In this document: positions 56,082 through 64,000 of the stretch, piece after piece | Layout of the letters: each line of letters begins with the position of its first letter | Position numbering within the stretch: position 1 is the first letter of the stretch | Origin: an uncultured Saprospiraceae bacterium | GTDB lineage: Bacteria > Bacteroidota > Bacteroidia > Chitinophagales > Saprospiraceae | Length of the DNA stretch: 64,000 nucleotides | Assembly (NCBI GenBank): GCA_964530825.1 | Contig: CAZHCA010000008.1 | Span: forward strand, 27,229 to 91,228 | Reading direction: 5' to 3' | Notes under the pieces: model-generated | Told to the model about the DNA's origin: nothing | Seen by the model: only the letters and a program-made list of their open reading frames with translations | The model's database searches: none | Made by a program: the position numbers and the translations under genes

Positions 56082-56495
56082 CTATTCACCTCCGCTACCG
56101 ATCTCCTGTCGTTTTTCGGAAACGAATGACTTCTTGACCTTTTGGTAGGTTTTAAACTGTTCTTTTGTGAAGAGATCGGCCAGTTTTTGATCTTTCTCCC
56201 GGTGCAGGCGCATTAGCCGATTGTACTTGGTAAGTCTGTTGGTCGGGGCATCAATAACGCTGTCCTGGACCAATTGCGCGTAGTGTAAATTGAGTTTGGC
56301 CGCCGCTTGGAATTGTTCGTCGGTAAGATCGAGTTCCGTTTGCATCATCTCATTGAGTTGTGCTGCTCGCTCTTCGGGAGTTCCGTGAGCAATAGCATCG
56401 GTTTGTGCGCTCGCCGCCAAAGGTAGGCTCATGATGAACAGAACCGCGAAAGCAAGCAATCCTTGTCGGAGGAGGGAAAAGAAAACGTTAACCAT
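56082..56495 (-). CDS. Hypothetical periplasmic protein
   Basis: Signal peptide, helical, Spy/CpxP-like LTDEQ motif. Confidence 0.5.
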   Translation of the reverse strand: MVNVFFSLLRQGLLAFAVLFIMSLPLAASAQTDAIAHGTPEERAAQLNEMMQTELDLTDEQFQAAAKLNLHYAQLVQDSVIDAPTNRLTKYNRLMRLHREKDQKLADLFTKEQFKTYQKVKKSFVSEKRQEIGSGGE

Positions 56496-56498
56496 GAT

Positions 56499-57302
56499 TT
56501 ATGTTTTTTGAGTTATTGCTGAAGACTCCTGGCGTTGATGAATCGCTTCGAAGGTCGCACGGTACTCCGGATGGTTGGTACTCATCCAGGTATCCCAGAA
56601 ATTGAAATACAGACCGTAGTTGGATTTGCCCCTGGCGTGGTGCATGTTGTGGTGAGTGGAGGTGTTAAACCACCGCCCGACCGGATGGCGAACAAAACCT
56701 TTGGGAAATATCTCGTAGCCCAAATGACCGATAACGTTCCACAGCAACGAGAGCGAGGCAAATACCAGGAGTGCTGCCGGATGGATGGGTACCAATACGA
56801 TCCAGAGCGGCAAAAAGCCGATTTCCAGTATGCTTTCCACTGGGTGAAACGAAAAAGCGGCCAGTGGAGTAGGGTTAAAGCTTTGATGATGTATCCGGTG
56901 TACCCGCCGGAATAAACGCGGGTGGTGCAAGGCCCGGTGCAACCAATAAAAGTAGGTGTCATGGATGAAGAGGGTCATCAGGATCGAAATGATGAAGTAG
57001 CTATACCCGTACTGATCGATTGCATTGTAAATCTTTGTCCAGCCCAATTGGCCCATACCATAGATGACTAATCCTATCGTAGCAAAAGCAAATGCCGTAC
57101 TGAGTGAATGTAGCAACTCCTGCAGTAGCATGCGCTTGGCCGGCTGCTGCGGCTGAATCTTGCGTCTACTCCACGGGGATGACCGCCAGCGGTAAAAAAG
57201 ATAAAACGCCAAGCCGGCAAATAGTAAGTAGCGCAGGTAAATAAAACCACTGCTGAGTAGCCATCCTAGGCCCAAGCCGGCACGCTCGATTAAATAATGC
57301 AT
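56499..57302 (-). CDS. Fatty-acid hydroxylase / sterol desaturase family membrane protein
   Basis: His boxes HRALHH, HRIHHQS, HHNMHH. Confidence 0.85.
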   Translation of the reverse strand: MHYLIERAGLGLGWLLSSGFIYLRYLLFAGLAFYLFYRWRSSPWSRRKIQPQQPAKRMLLQELLHSLSTAFAFATIGLVIYGMGQLGWTKIYNAIDQYGYSYFIISILMTLFIHDTYFYWLHRALHHPRLFRRVHRIHHQSFNPTPLAAFSFHPVESILEIGFLPLWIVLVPIHPAALLVFASLSLLWNVIGHLGYEIFPKGFVRHPVGRWFNTSTHHNMHHARGKSNYGLYFNFWDTWMSTNHPEYRATFEAIHQRQESSAITQKT

Positions 57303-57375
57303 AATTATGGGGTTAAATTGGAAGGGGGCGGTTGAGCCGGGTGAAGTTCTCCGGATCGACCGCCTTACCTTGGGT

Positions 57376-58113
57376 TTACCATTCGATGATATACTCTTCG
57401 CCGTTGATCGTTACGGTGATGGTGCCATTGCCGTTGTAGACCAAGTCACCCTCAATGCGGAAGCTTTCCCCTCCGGTCGTTTGTCCGGTAACCAGATAGC
57501 TGCCCGAACCCGAGAGGATATCTCGCGTCCCTTTCTGGACGGTAATTTCGTCGATGGTAACGGAAATTATGGACGTGAATGCATTCTGGTCGCGGACCTT
57601 AGAGTTTTGGCTACCTTCGCGCACGTAGCTTCCGGAGACGATGTAGTTGGCACCGGTGATCAGGTTTTCGACTATCCAGTCGCCATTTGCCTGGTCGTCC
57701 GAGAGTAGGCGATTGGTTTCGTAGGTGCCTTGTGAGTTGGTAATGAAAGTAACCGAGGTCGGAATATTATTTTCATTGCAATTAACAGACCAGGAATAGG
57801 CATAGGCGTAATTGGCCGTAATTCTAGGCCGGTTGATTTCCCAGGTTAGGGTCGTATCAAATGACTCATCGCAGATAACCGTTGTGTTTTTTTCCAGGTA
57901 TTCATCGGCAATGGCTGCCGCGGATTCTAATTCCTGGGTGAAACCGGCCGACTCGGGGCTTACCGCGCCTTCGACAAGTGCAACGGCCTCCTCGTTGGTG
58001 AGCGCATCGCTGTTGTTGTCTTCTCCATCCTCATCGCAGGAGGTGAAAACAAATGCTGAAAGGCTGACAAGTAAGAGGAAAGTACGCGGGTGAAAATGAA
58101 ATGCGTTTTTCAT
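57376..58113 (-). CDS. Hypothetical lipoprotein
   Basis: Lipobox FVFTSC. Confidence 0.55.
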   Translation of the reverse strand: MKNAFHFHPRTFLLLVSLSAFVFTSCDEDGEDNNSDALTNEEAVALVEGAVSPESAGFTQELESAAAIADEYLEKNTTVICDESFDTTLTWEINRPRITANYAYAYSWSVNCNENNIPTSVTFITNSQGTYETNRLLSDDQANGDWIVENLITGANYIVSGSYVREGSQNSKVRDQNAFTSIISVTIDEITVQKGTRDILSGSGSYLVTGQTTGGESFRIEGDLVYNGNGTITVTINGEEYIIEW

Positions 58114-58186
58114 GGTTTAATTTTTTGTGATGTTGGGAAAATGATTCTGTTTACAAAAGAAAGGGGTTGGACAATGCGGGTAAACT

Positions 58187-58276
58187 CTTTTCAATCAACG
58201 GCCAGTTTTTTTCAACCATTGGGTTATCGATCGATCTTAACGCTTGGTTGATAGCTTGGCGCCGTTGATTGAAAAG
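58187..58276. promoter_or_regulatory. Nested 90-bp palindrome upstream of the LytS-type kinase
   Basis: Outer perfect 16-bp arms CTTTTCAATCAACGGC (58187-58202) / GCCGTTGATTGAAAAG (58261-58276). Inner TCAACCA (58212-58218) / TGGTTGA (58245-58251). Centre ATCGATCGAT. Confidence 0.5.
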
Positions 58277-58314
58277 CGGGGGTGGCAAACCGGGAGAAAA
58301 GGTAAATTTGGGTA

Positions 58315-59367
58315 ATGGGATGGGATCTACAGCAAGAAGAAATCCGGTTGAAGGTCGGATTGCACGTCGCATTCTGGCTCATTTTTTTACTGAGCTACAT
58401 CGCCGTGTTTACCCGGTTTTTTGATTGGTCGACCAGTACGCTGCGGGCTTTCGGCAACGTAACGCCCATGGCCGTGCTTTTTTACGTCAATTTGTACCTG
58501 GTCGACTTTTTTCTGGAAAAACGAAAATACCTGCTGTACGCTTTTTTGGTGGCCTTGCTGGTTTTTGCCCTAGTGATTCTACGGGTGCGCATCAATATGC
58601 TGTTCCCGGAAATGGATGAACGCTTTGCACTGATGGACGAAGTTTCCAGCTGGAGATTCGGGGCAGCAGCCACCAACTTTTTGATTTTATTACTCAGCAC
58701 TTTTTACCAGTTATTGATGAATCGCTTTGATGCCGAACGGCGCAATATGTCGATCATCAATGAGCAGCGCGAGGCGCAACTGCAGTTCCTGCGCGGTCAG
58801 ATCAATCCGCATTTTTTGTTTAATACCCTCAATAATATTTACTCCCTAGCAGTTATCCAATCGCAAAAAACCGCACCCATGGTTTTGCAACTGTCCAGTT
58901 TGTTGCGCTACGTCATTTACGAAAGCCGGGAGGAAACCGTTCCCCTGAACCGCGAAATCCGCCACCTCGAAGCATTTGTCCAGCTTTTCCAGATGCGGAG
59001 TGAAGGACCCAGGGATATCCGCTGGGTGCAACGGGGCAACCCGGAAGGCCTCTGGATTGAACCCATGATTCTCATTCCTCTGGTCGAGAACAGCTTCAAG
59101 CACTGCGATTTTGAAACCAATCCGGAGGCCTACATTCATTTGCAGCTGACCGTCGAAGAACAGATCTTGCACTTTTCTACGGAAAACACCTACAACACAG
59201 CCGATCAGCAAAAAGACCGGGTGGGCGGAATTGGTCTTGAAAACATCCGCAAGCGATTGGCGCTGAAGTATCCCCAAAGCAGTCACCTGCATATCGACCA
59301 CCATCCCGGTATTTTCCGGGTGGAGCTGGAGCTTACACTTACCAAAAAAGTAGCTTATGCCGATTAA
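58315..59367 (+). CDS. LytS/YehU-type sensor histidine kinase
   Basis: TM segments. LQFLRGQINPHFLFNTLNNIYSL (His_kinase PF06580). C-terminal GGIGLENIRKRL. Confidence 0.85.
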   Translation: MGWDLQQEEIRLKVGLHVAFWLIFLLSYIAVFTRFFDWSTSTLRAFGNVTPMAVLFYVNLYLVDFFLEKRKYLLYAFLVALLVFALVILRVRINMLFPEMDERFALMDEVSSWRFGAAATNFLILLLSTFYQLLMNRFDAERRNMSIINEQREAQLQFLRGQINPHFLFNTLNNIYSLAVIQSQKTAPMVLQLSSLLRYVIYESREETVPLNREIRHLEAFVQLFQMRSEGPRDIRWVQRGNPEGLWIEPMILIPLVENSFKHCDFETNPEAYIHLQLTVEEQILHFSTENTYNTADQQKDRVGGIGLENIRKRLALKYPQSSHLHIDHHPGIFRVELELTLTKKVAYAD

Positions 59368-60085
59368 AATCCTGCTTGTCGATGATGAATACCTGGCATT
59401 AAACCTCCTGGAAAACTACATTCAGCAATTACCCGACTTGGAGATAGTGAGAAAGGTGAAGTCCCCGCTGGAAGCCCTTGAGGTTTTAAATGGCCAACCC
59501 GTCGATTTGCTGTTTCTGGATATTCAGATGCCGATGCTCAGCGGGAACAACCTGCTGAAGAGCTTACCCGATCCGCCTCTGACCATCTTCACGACGGCCT
59601 ACGATTCTTACGCACTGGAGGCTTTCGACCTCAACGTCGTGGATTATTTACTCAAACCCTTTTCTTTTGAACGCTTTGTGCAGGCCGTCCAGAAAGCGCG
59701 GCCTTTGTTGCAAAAAACCGCAAACGAAGTGCCGGAGCCGATCTCAAACTCGGACCCGGACTTTTTTACCATAAAAGTCGATGGCGCAATTCGCAAAGTC
59801 CATTACGATGACATATTATATATAGAAGGGTTGAAGGAATACGTGCGCATTGTATGTACGCAGGAACGTCTGGTTACACTGGAGCGACTAAAAAACCTGG
59901 AGACGGCCTTACCACCCGGTCGCTTTTTGCGGGTGCATAAATCATTTATTGTTGCCGTCGATAAGGTGCGTGCCCTGGAGGGCAACCAGTTGGAAATCGG
60001 TACGCAAAAGATTCCCATCAGCCGGAATCGGCGAGACGAAGTGGTCCGGCTGATCTTTTATGACTCGGGCCCTCAGGACCGTTGA
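59357..60085 (+). CDS. LytTR-family response regulator
   Basis: Receiver ILLVDDE...DLLFLDIQMP. C-terminal LytTR domain ...FLRVHKSFIV. Confidence 0.9.
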   Translation: MPIKILLVDDEYLALNLLENYIQQLPDLEIVRKVKSPLEALEVLNGQPVDLLFLDIQMPMLSGNNLLKSLPDPPLTIFTTAYDSYALEAFDLNVVDYLLKPFSFERFVQAVQKARPLLQKTANEVPEPISNSDPDFFTIKVDGAIRKVHYDDILYIEGLKEYVRIVCTQERLVTLERLKNLETALPPGRFLRVHKSFIVAVDKVRALEGNQLEIGTQKIPISRNRRDEVVRLIFYDSGPQDR

Positions 60086-60993
60086 CTCACAATAGCTACG
60101 TATTTTTCATTCGGGCTCACGGCAATACGGGTGATGTTTTCGATGCCGAAGCCGCGAAGGTTTCCGAGCAGTACCCAGTAGTCGTCTTTCAGCGGATCAA
60201 ATTTATAGAGGTCGGAGCCCTGTCCCATCAGGAAAGTACCGTTGCGAAGAACGGCAAAGTCTTCTGAACCTTGTAAGGTGCTGATGATCATATCTTTGTT
60301 GCCATTCCGGTAGTTGTACTGTATGATTTGCCAGGGGCGGCTGGCCGATTTTTGAACGTAGGCCAAGTTACCATTGGGCAACTTGCGAAAGCAACGTCCT
60401 ACATCAGTTGCAATGGGGGGTTCGGGCTTTTCGGTGGCCACATCGACCAGGGCTAATTCACTGGGTTCTCGTACTCGGAATATAGCCAGGCGGCTGGACG
60501 AAAGCCATTCGTAATAACCAATATCACCGATGTAGCGAAAGACAGGGCGTCCGGTTCCCGGCGGGCGGCGGGGCAACTCCCACAAGCGCAGTAGATCTGA
60601 GCCGTCGGTGCTCTTTTCGCGGCGCACACAGGAAAAAAAACGATAATCAGGGGCCGGAGCGGGTGAGAACTCGCCCTCCGGCGTACGGGTGCGGGTGAGC
60701 AGGCGCTGTTCGCTCAGGTTGAGTTCTATAATTTCCGGCTGTTGCTGGTCCGGGTTGGCCGAAGAAATGTAGAGCAGTTCATCGGTCATGAAGGCCGGAT
60801 GATTGTTGTAGCCGTCGGGATTGAAACCGGTCAACAAGCGCGGATTGTTGAACTGCAGATTGCCCTCTTCGGCAAAATCCAATTTAAAAAGGTAGATGTT
60901 GCATACGGGCAACTCCTGCGCCTGCAAGGTCGTCCAACAAATGCAAATACTGATAAGCACGCGAAGTGCCGTCGGGTAAGGTGTAGCTTTCAT
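60073..60993 (-). CDS. Hypothetical secreted protein (beta-propeller-like)
   Basis: Signal peptide and a long clean ORF. Confidence 0.55.
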   Translation of the reverse strand: MKATPYPTALRVLISICICWTTLQAQELPVCNIYLFKLDFAEEGNLQFNNPRLLTGFNPDGYNNHPAFMTDELLYISSANPDQQQPEIIELNLSEQRLLTRTRTPEGEFSPAPAPDYRFFSCVRREKSTDGSDLLRLWELPRRPPGTGRPVFRYIGDIGYYEWLSSSRLAIFRVREPSELALVDVATEKPEPPIATDVGRCFRKLPNGNLAYVQKSASRPWQIIQYNYRNGNKDMIISTLQGSEDFAVLRNGTFLMGQGSDLYKFDPLKDDYWVLLGNLRGFGIENITRIAVSPNEKYVAIVSQRS

Positions 60994-61054
60994 GGCAGAC
61001 GGTTGATTTGCGTGCTTAAAATAAAAGAAAAAACCGGGCTACCGAAATGGTTAA

Positions 61055-61762
61055 TCAGGCCCGGCGGCCCGCATCGCGCTGCTTGCGCTCGCACAGGCGC
61101 GCAAAGAGCCATTTCTCGACATCGTGCACGACCTCCCGGGGCAGTTCATGGCCGTGCGGGTAGACCTGGTAGTCGACCCGGGCGCCGAGTTCGAGGAACT
61201 CATTGCGCGCGCAGATGGCGTGGATGACCGGGCGGAGGCGGTCCATCCGGCCATGGAGGATGAAAAGCCTCAGGTGATCGTAGGCGCCAGGGACCGTTTT
61301 GGGTGAATTGTACTCGTCGGGGATCCGGCTGTTGATGCTCACTAACCCCGCCAACAGTTCCGGGTGCTGGAGCCCTAGGATATGTCCGATATTGCCGCCC
61401 TGACCGAATCCCACCAAGTAGATCGCTCGGTGGTCGATCGGGTAGCGGTGGGGTAGTTTATCGACGAAGTCCCTCACCTGGTCGAGGCTCTGTCGGGATT
61501 GCAGCAGGTTAATAACCGGGTCGGGTCGATTGTGGTCTACCTCGTACCAGGCACGCTGATTGGTGAGGAGCTCAAAAGGCGCCCGCAAAGCAAAAAGATA
61601 TGCTTCCGGCGCTAAATCCTTAAAGTGGCCGAGCATCGTCTGATCGGTATCGGCTAAATCATGCAACAAAATGATAGCCGGCATTTTATCCCGCTTGGCA
61701 GTAGGGGGTTTGTGTACGCTATAATGCAATTGGGCGGTTTGTCGGATCGTATCGGTTACCAT
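61055..61762 (-). CDS. Phospholipase/carboxylesterase-family alpha/beta hydrolase with Ser->Gly at the nucleophile position
   Basis: IILLHD...; LVGFGQGGN where the family has GFSQGG. Asp/His region LHGRMD...HGH retained. Confidence 0.7.
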   Translation of the reverse strand: MVTDTIRQTAQLHYSVHKPPTAKRDKMPAIILLHDLADTDQTMLGHFKDLAPEAYLFALRAPFELLTNQRAWYEVDHNRPDPVINLLQSRQSLDQVRDFVDKLPHRYPIDHRAIYLVGFGQGGNIGHILGLQHPELLAGLVSINSRIPDEYNSPKTVPGAYDHLRLFILHGRMDRLRPVIHAICARNEFLELGARVDYQVYPHGHELPREVVHDVEKWLFARLCERKQRDAGRRA

Positions 61763-61855
61763 GGATGTATCTTATTTAAAAAGCCGAGTAAGCAATAGGG
61801 CTTACTCGACTCAACACTCGGGTGATTTTACACAGCCAGCTAGAACCGGCTGGAT

Positions 61856-62218
61856 TTAACCTTCCGGATAGTAGAATTTTTTCTTAACAATCTTTCCATC
61901 TTTCCAGTTCTGTACGGCGACCTGCTCCCGCTTAACGTACGTGCCGTCCTGCAGTTCAAAATCGAGCAACCATTCAACGGTTGCCACACCGTTGTCTTCG
62001 TCGGTTGCTACCGACTTGACCTCGGCGTTATTCCACTGGGCAACCGCTCTCAAGAAATTTTGCTCGTATTCGCGGTTCGCTTCTTTGCCCACGCGCGGAT
62101 CGTTCTGGTTTTCCTGCATAACGCAGTCTTCGGCATAGTACTTTTCGAAAGCTTCCAGTGCTTTTCCGGTTTGGATTTTTTGGTTCAGGTCGTTGACCAT
62201 GTCTTTAATCGTTGTCAT
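61856..62218 (-). CDS. SnoaL-like / NTF2-fold protein
   Basis: Start set at the ATG at 62218. ...ALEAFEKYYAEDCVMQEN... is typical of SnoaL-like proteins. Confidence 0.65.
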   Translation of the reverse strand: MTTIKDMVNDLNQKIQTGKALEAFEKYYAEDCVMQENQNDPRVGKEANREYEQNFLRAVAQWNNAEVKSVATDEDNGVATVEWLLDFELQDGTYVKREQVAVQNWKDGKIVKKKFYYPEG

Positions 62219-62274
62219 GTCGGATGATTTTATGGTTTCGAAATTTATGATGACGTGATTAGGGTCACAATGCG

Positions 62275-62772
62275 TTAAGTATTGTGGGGGCCGCCAAAAC
62301 AACCACCCTCTGCTAATTCTTTGCCCTCGCGGAGCTTATCGAGCAAATCACTCAACAACGTAGCGTCCTCGTCGGTCAGATTGTTTAGCATCGCGTCTAG
62401 CCTTTCGTCCAGGTGGTCTATTTCTTTTAGTATGCGGTGTCCAGCATCGGTAAGGGAGATGTCGACCAACCGCTTGTCGTGCTTGCAGGGCTTGCGATAA
62501 ACCAGGCCTTTTTGCGCTAAGCGCTCTACCAATCGAGAGGTATCGGCCATTTTGTCGAGCAAGCGCTGGCGAATCACCGAGGTGGAAATGGGTTCTCCGG
62601 CACCACGCAACACCCGCAAGACGTTGTACTGCTGCAAAGTGATCCCGTGAGGTTTCAGGACCAACCGGATCTGGTCCGTGAGCCAGTTGTAAGTGTAAAT
62701 GAGATTTACGGCTACCCGGTGCTGGGGGGACCGGAACGGGGCCTGTTGTTGGATCGCTTTTTCAATTTTCAT
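62275..62772 (-). CDS. MarR-family transcriptional regulator
   Basis: LQQYNVLRVLRG...ISTSVIRQRLLDKMADTSRLVERLAQKGLV. Confidence 0.85.
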   Translation of the reverse strand: MKIEKAIQQQAPFRSPQHRVAVNLIYTYNWLTDQIRLVLKPHGITLQQYNVLRVLRGAGEPISTSVIRQRLLDKMADTSRLVERLAQKGLVYRKPCKHDKRLVDISLTDAGHRILKEIDHLDERLDAMLNNLTDEDATLLSDLLDKLREGKELAEGGCFGGPHNT

Positions 62773-62914
62773 AGTATCCAGGCTTTGCTAAACCTCTCAG
62801 TGTTTAAACTTTAATGTTACAACACTGATATGATTTTTTGGTTGAATAGAAAAAAAATAAAGTGACTTTGGCGTTTCCGGGATATTTAGCTAGTATTGTA
62901 GTGAAACGATTACG

Positions 62915-62995
62915 ATGTACGCCAATTCAGCCACATACTGCGCTTATTTTTTTAGCTTTTATTATTTCCAACGAACCGCACGGATTGCTGGCTGA
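62915..62995 (+). promoter_or_regulatory. Candidate leader peptide (26 codons) rich in Phe/Tyr, upstream of pheA
   Basis: ATG at 62915. MYANSATYCAYFFSFYYFQRTARIAG*, with 4 Phe and 3 Tyr within 8 consecutive codons (62945-62968). Confidence 0.55.
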
Positions 62996-63022
62996 ACCTT
63001 GGTGTTTAAGATACAACGAAAA

Positions 63023-63050
63023 AGTCCTGCCAGCGCGGGACTTTTTTTTT
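63023..63050 (+). terminator. Intrinsic terminator (attenuator candidate) downstream of the leader ORF
   Basis: AGTCCTGC-CAGC-GCGGGACT (8-bp stem including one G-U) followed by a 9-T run. Confidence 0.7.
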
Positions 63051-63162
63051 GCCCACACCTGATCGAACTGAATTATATCTACAACACTATTGCTGGTTGA
63101 CAGCTATTTTTTTCTGACCGGGTTTTTCAGGGATGTCAAAGCATATCAGCCGTATGAATTGG

Positions 63163-63185
63163 AATCCTGCCCCGGCGGGATTTTT
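63163..63185 (+). terminator. Second, near-identical hairpin plus short T-run just upstream of the pheA start
   Basis: AATCCTGC-CCCG-GCGGGATT followed by TTT (five consecutive T in total). Confidence 0.4.
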
Positions 63186-63206
63186 ACACAGGTTATACGC
63201 ATTACC

Positions 63207-64000
63207 ATGCAACAATCTTTTCGAGAGCATTCTACTGTTCCGGTCGGGCTGTCCCCACCCATTCGCGTTTTAATCCAGGGGGAGCGGGGCGCTTTTCATC
63301 ACCTGGCGGCTCGCGAATTATTTGGCAGCCAGCCATTGGAGATCATTCCGCAGGACACATTCGGCCGTTTAGTCCACTCACTGGAGGGCGACCCCTCCAT
63401 TGATTACGCGCTGATGGCCATTGAGAACACCCTGGGCGGTAGCCTGATGCACAATTTCAATTTGCTGGAGTCATCGACTCTGCAGATTTGCGGCGAGGTC
63501 TACTTGCAGATCAGTCAACACTTGATGGCATTGCCAGGTACGCGTATTTGTCAATTGCGCGAGGTGCGTTCTCACCCGATGGCCATTGCCCAATGCCGGG
63601 CCTTTTTTGCGGATAAGCCGCACATCCGCCTCGTCGAAGCTGAAGATACAGCAAAAAGCGCCAGGCAGATTCGCGATGAGCAACTGGAGGGAGTAGGTGC
63701 CATTGCCAGTGCACTAGCCGCAGAGATCTACCACTTGGATGTTCTGGCCGCAAGGATAGAAACGCACCACGAGAATCACACTCGGTTCTTATTGTTAAGC
63801 CGGGCCGATCGGAATCCGGCAGTGTTGCAATCCGATAAGGTGTCGCTGTGCTTTACGACCTCGCACAGCGTAGGTAGTTTGCATCAGGTGTTGGCGGTGC
63901 TGGCGGCTTACCGCGCCAACCTGACCAAAATCGAGTCGGCGCCCATTATCGGAAGACCATTCGAGTACCGGTTTTTTGTGGACTTACTACCCGACCCGGA
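63207..64000 (+). CDS. pheA: Prephenate dehydratase (3' end off-window)
   Basis: RVLIQGERGAFHHLAA..., AIENTLGGS, HENHTRFLLL, ACT-domain start KVSLCF...GSLHQVL. The frame stays open to the window edge. Confidence 0.85.
   Translation, partial: MQQSFREHSTVPVGLSPPIRVLIQGERGAFHHLAARELFGSQPLEIIPQDTFGRLVHSLEGDPSIDYALMAIENTLGGSLMHNFNLLESSTLQICGEVYLQISQHLMALPGTRICQLREVRSHPMAIAQCRAFFADKPHIRLVEAEDTAKSARQIRDEQLEGVGAIASALAAEIYHLDVLAARIETHHENHTRFLLLSRADRNPAVLQSDKVSLCFTTSHSVGSLHQVLAVLAAYRANLTKIESAPIIGRPFEYRFFVDLLPDP

Noticed and set aside
63133-63273. Second small ORF (MSKHISRMNWNPAPAG...) before pheA as a possible second leader peptide
   Set aside because: It has no run of regulatory codons. It reads through the second hairpin and overlaps the pheA start out of frame. 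Probably fortuitous.

Overview
64 kb chromosomal segment that looks like Bacteroidota. Pointers are GWxTD, DUF2911, BshB1, an OmpA with thrombospondin-type-3 repeats, a LytS/LytTR pair, and weak or no Shine-Dalgarno sequences. It has two parts. (A) About 1-27.3 kb is an accessory, defence and mobile-DNA region. It holds a giant LRR gene made of near-identical 69-bp coding repeats and interrupted by one in-frame TAA. Next come the two ends of a destroyed type IIG restriction-modification gene flanking a decayed IS903-like element, then an intact Mrr-type nuclease. An internally deleted IS1634-like element with perfect 24-bp inverted repeats follows. After that come an AbiE-like remnant with a symmetric operator, a DUF4143 AAA ATPase and a GIY-YIG protein. 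The centrepiece is a tightly packed minus-strand operon at 24912->12113: DUF499 ATPase, DUF3780-like, DUF1156 DNA methyltransferase, PLD-SNF2 helicase, DUF262/DUF1524 nuclease. A three-gene cassette sits in the middle of that operon. I read it as a toxin / XRE antitoxin / SecB-like chaperone (TAC) module. The methyltransferase also carries a sharply AT-rich in-frame patch covering its catalytic DPPY motif. An FGE/SUMF1-domain protein and a Uma2 nuclease close the region. (B) About 27.3-64 kb is ordinary housekeeping DNA: MFS, Sua5/TsaC, fbp, bshB1, acyl-CoA dehydrogenase, carboxyltransferase, HtrA, dapF, ltaE, mazG, PDH E2, recR, GT2, LytS/LytTR, MarR and pheA. Some local oddities stand out there. 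There is a Phe/Tyr-rich leader peptide plus terminator upstream of pheA. A 17-bp-periodic AGCGCT-rich palindrome cluster lies upstream of recR. A nested palindrome lies upstream of the LytS kinase, a membrane-anchored caspase-like protein is present, and an esterase has lost its nucleophile serine. All calls come from reading the sequence and translations and from remembered family motifs. No database search was run.
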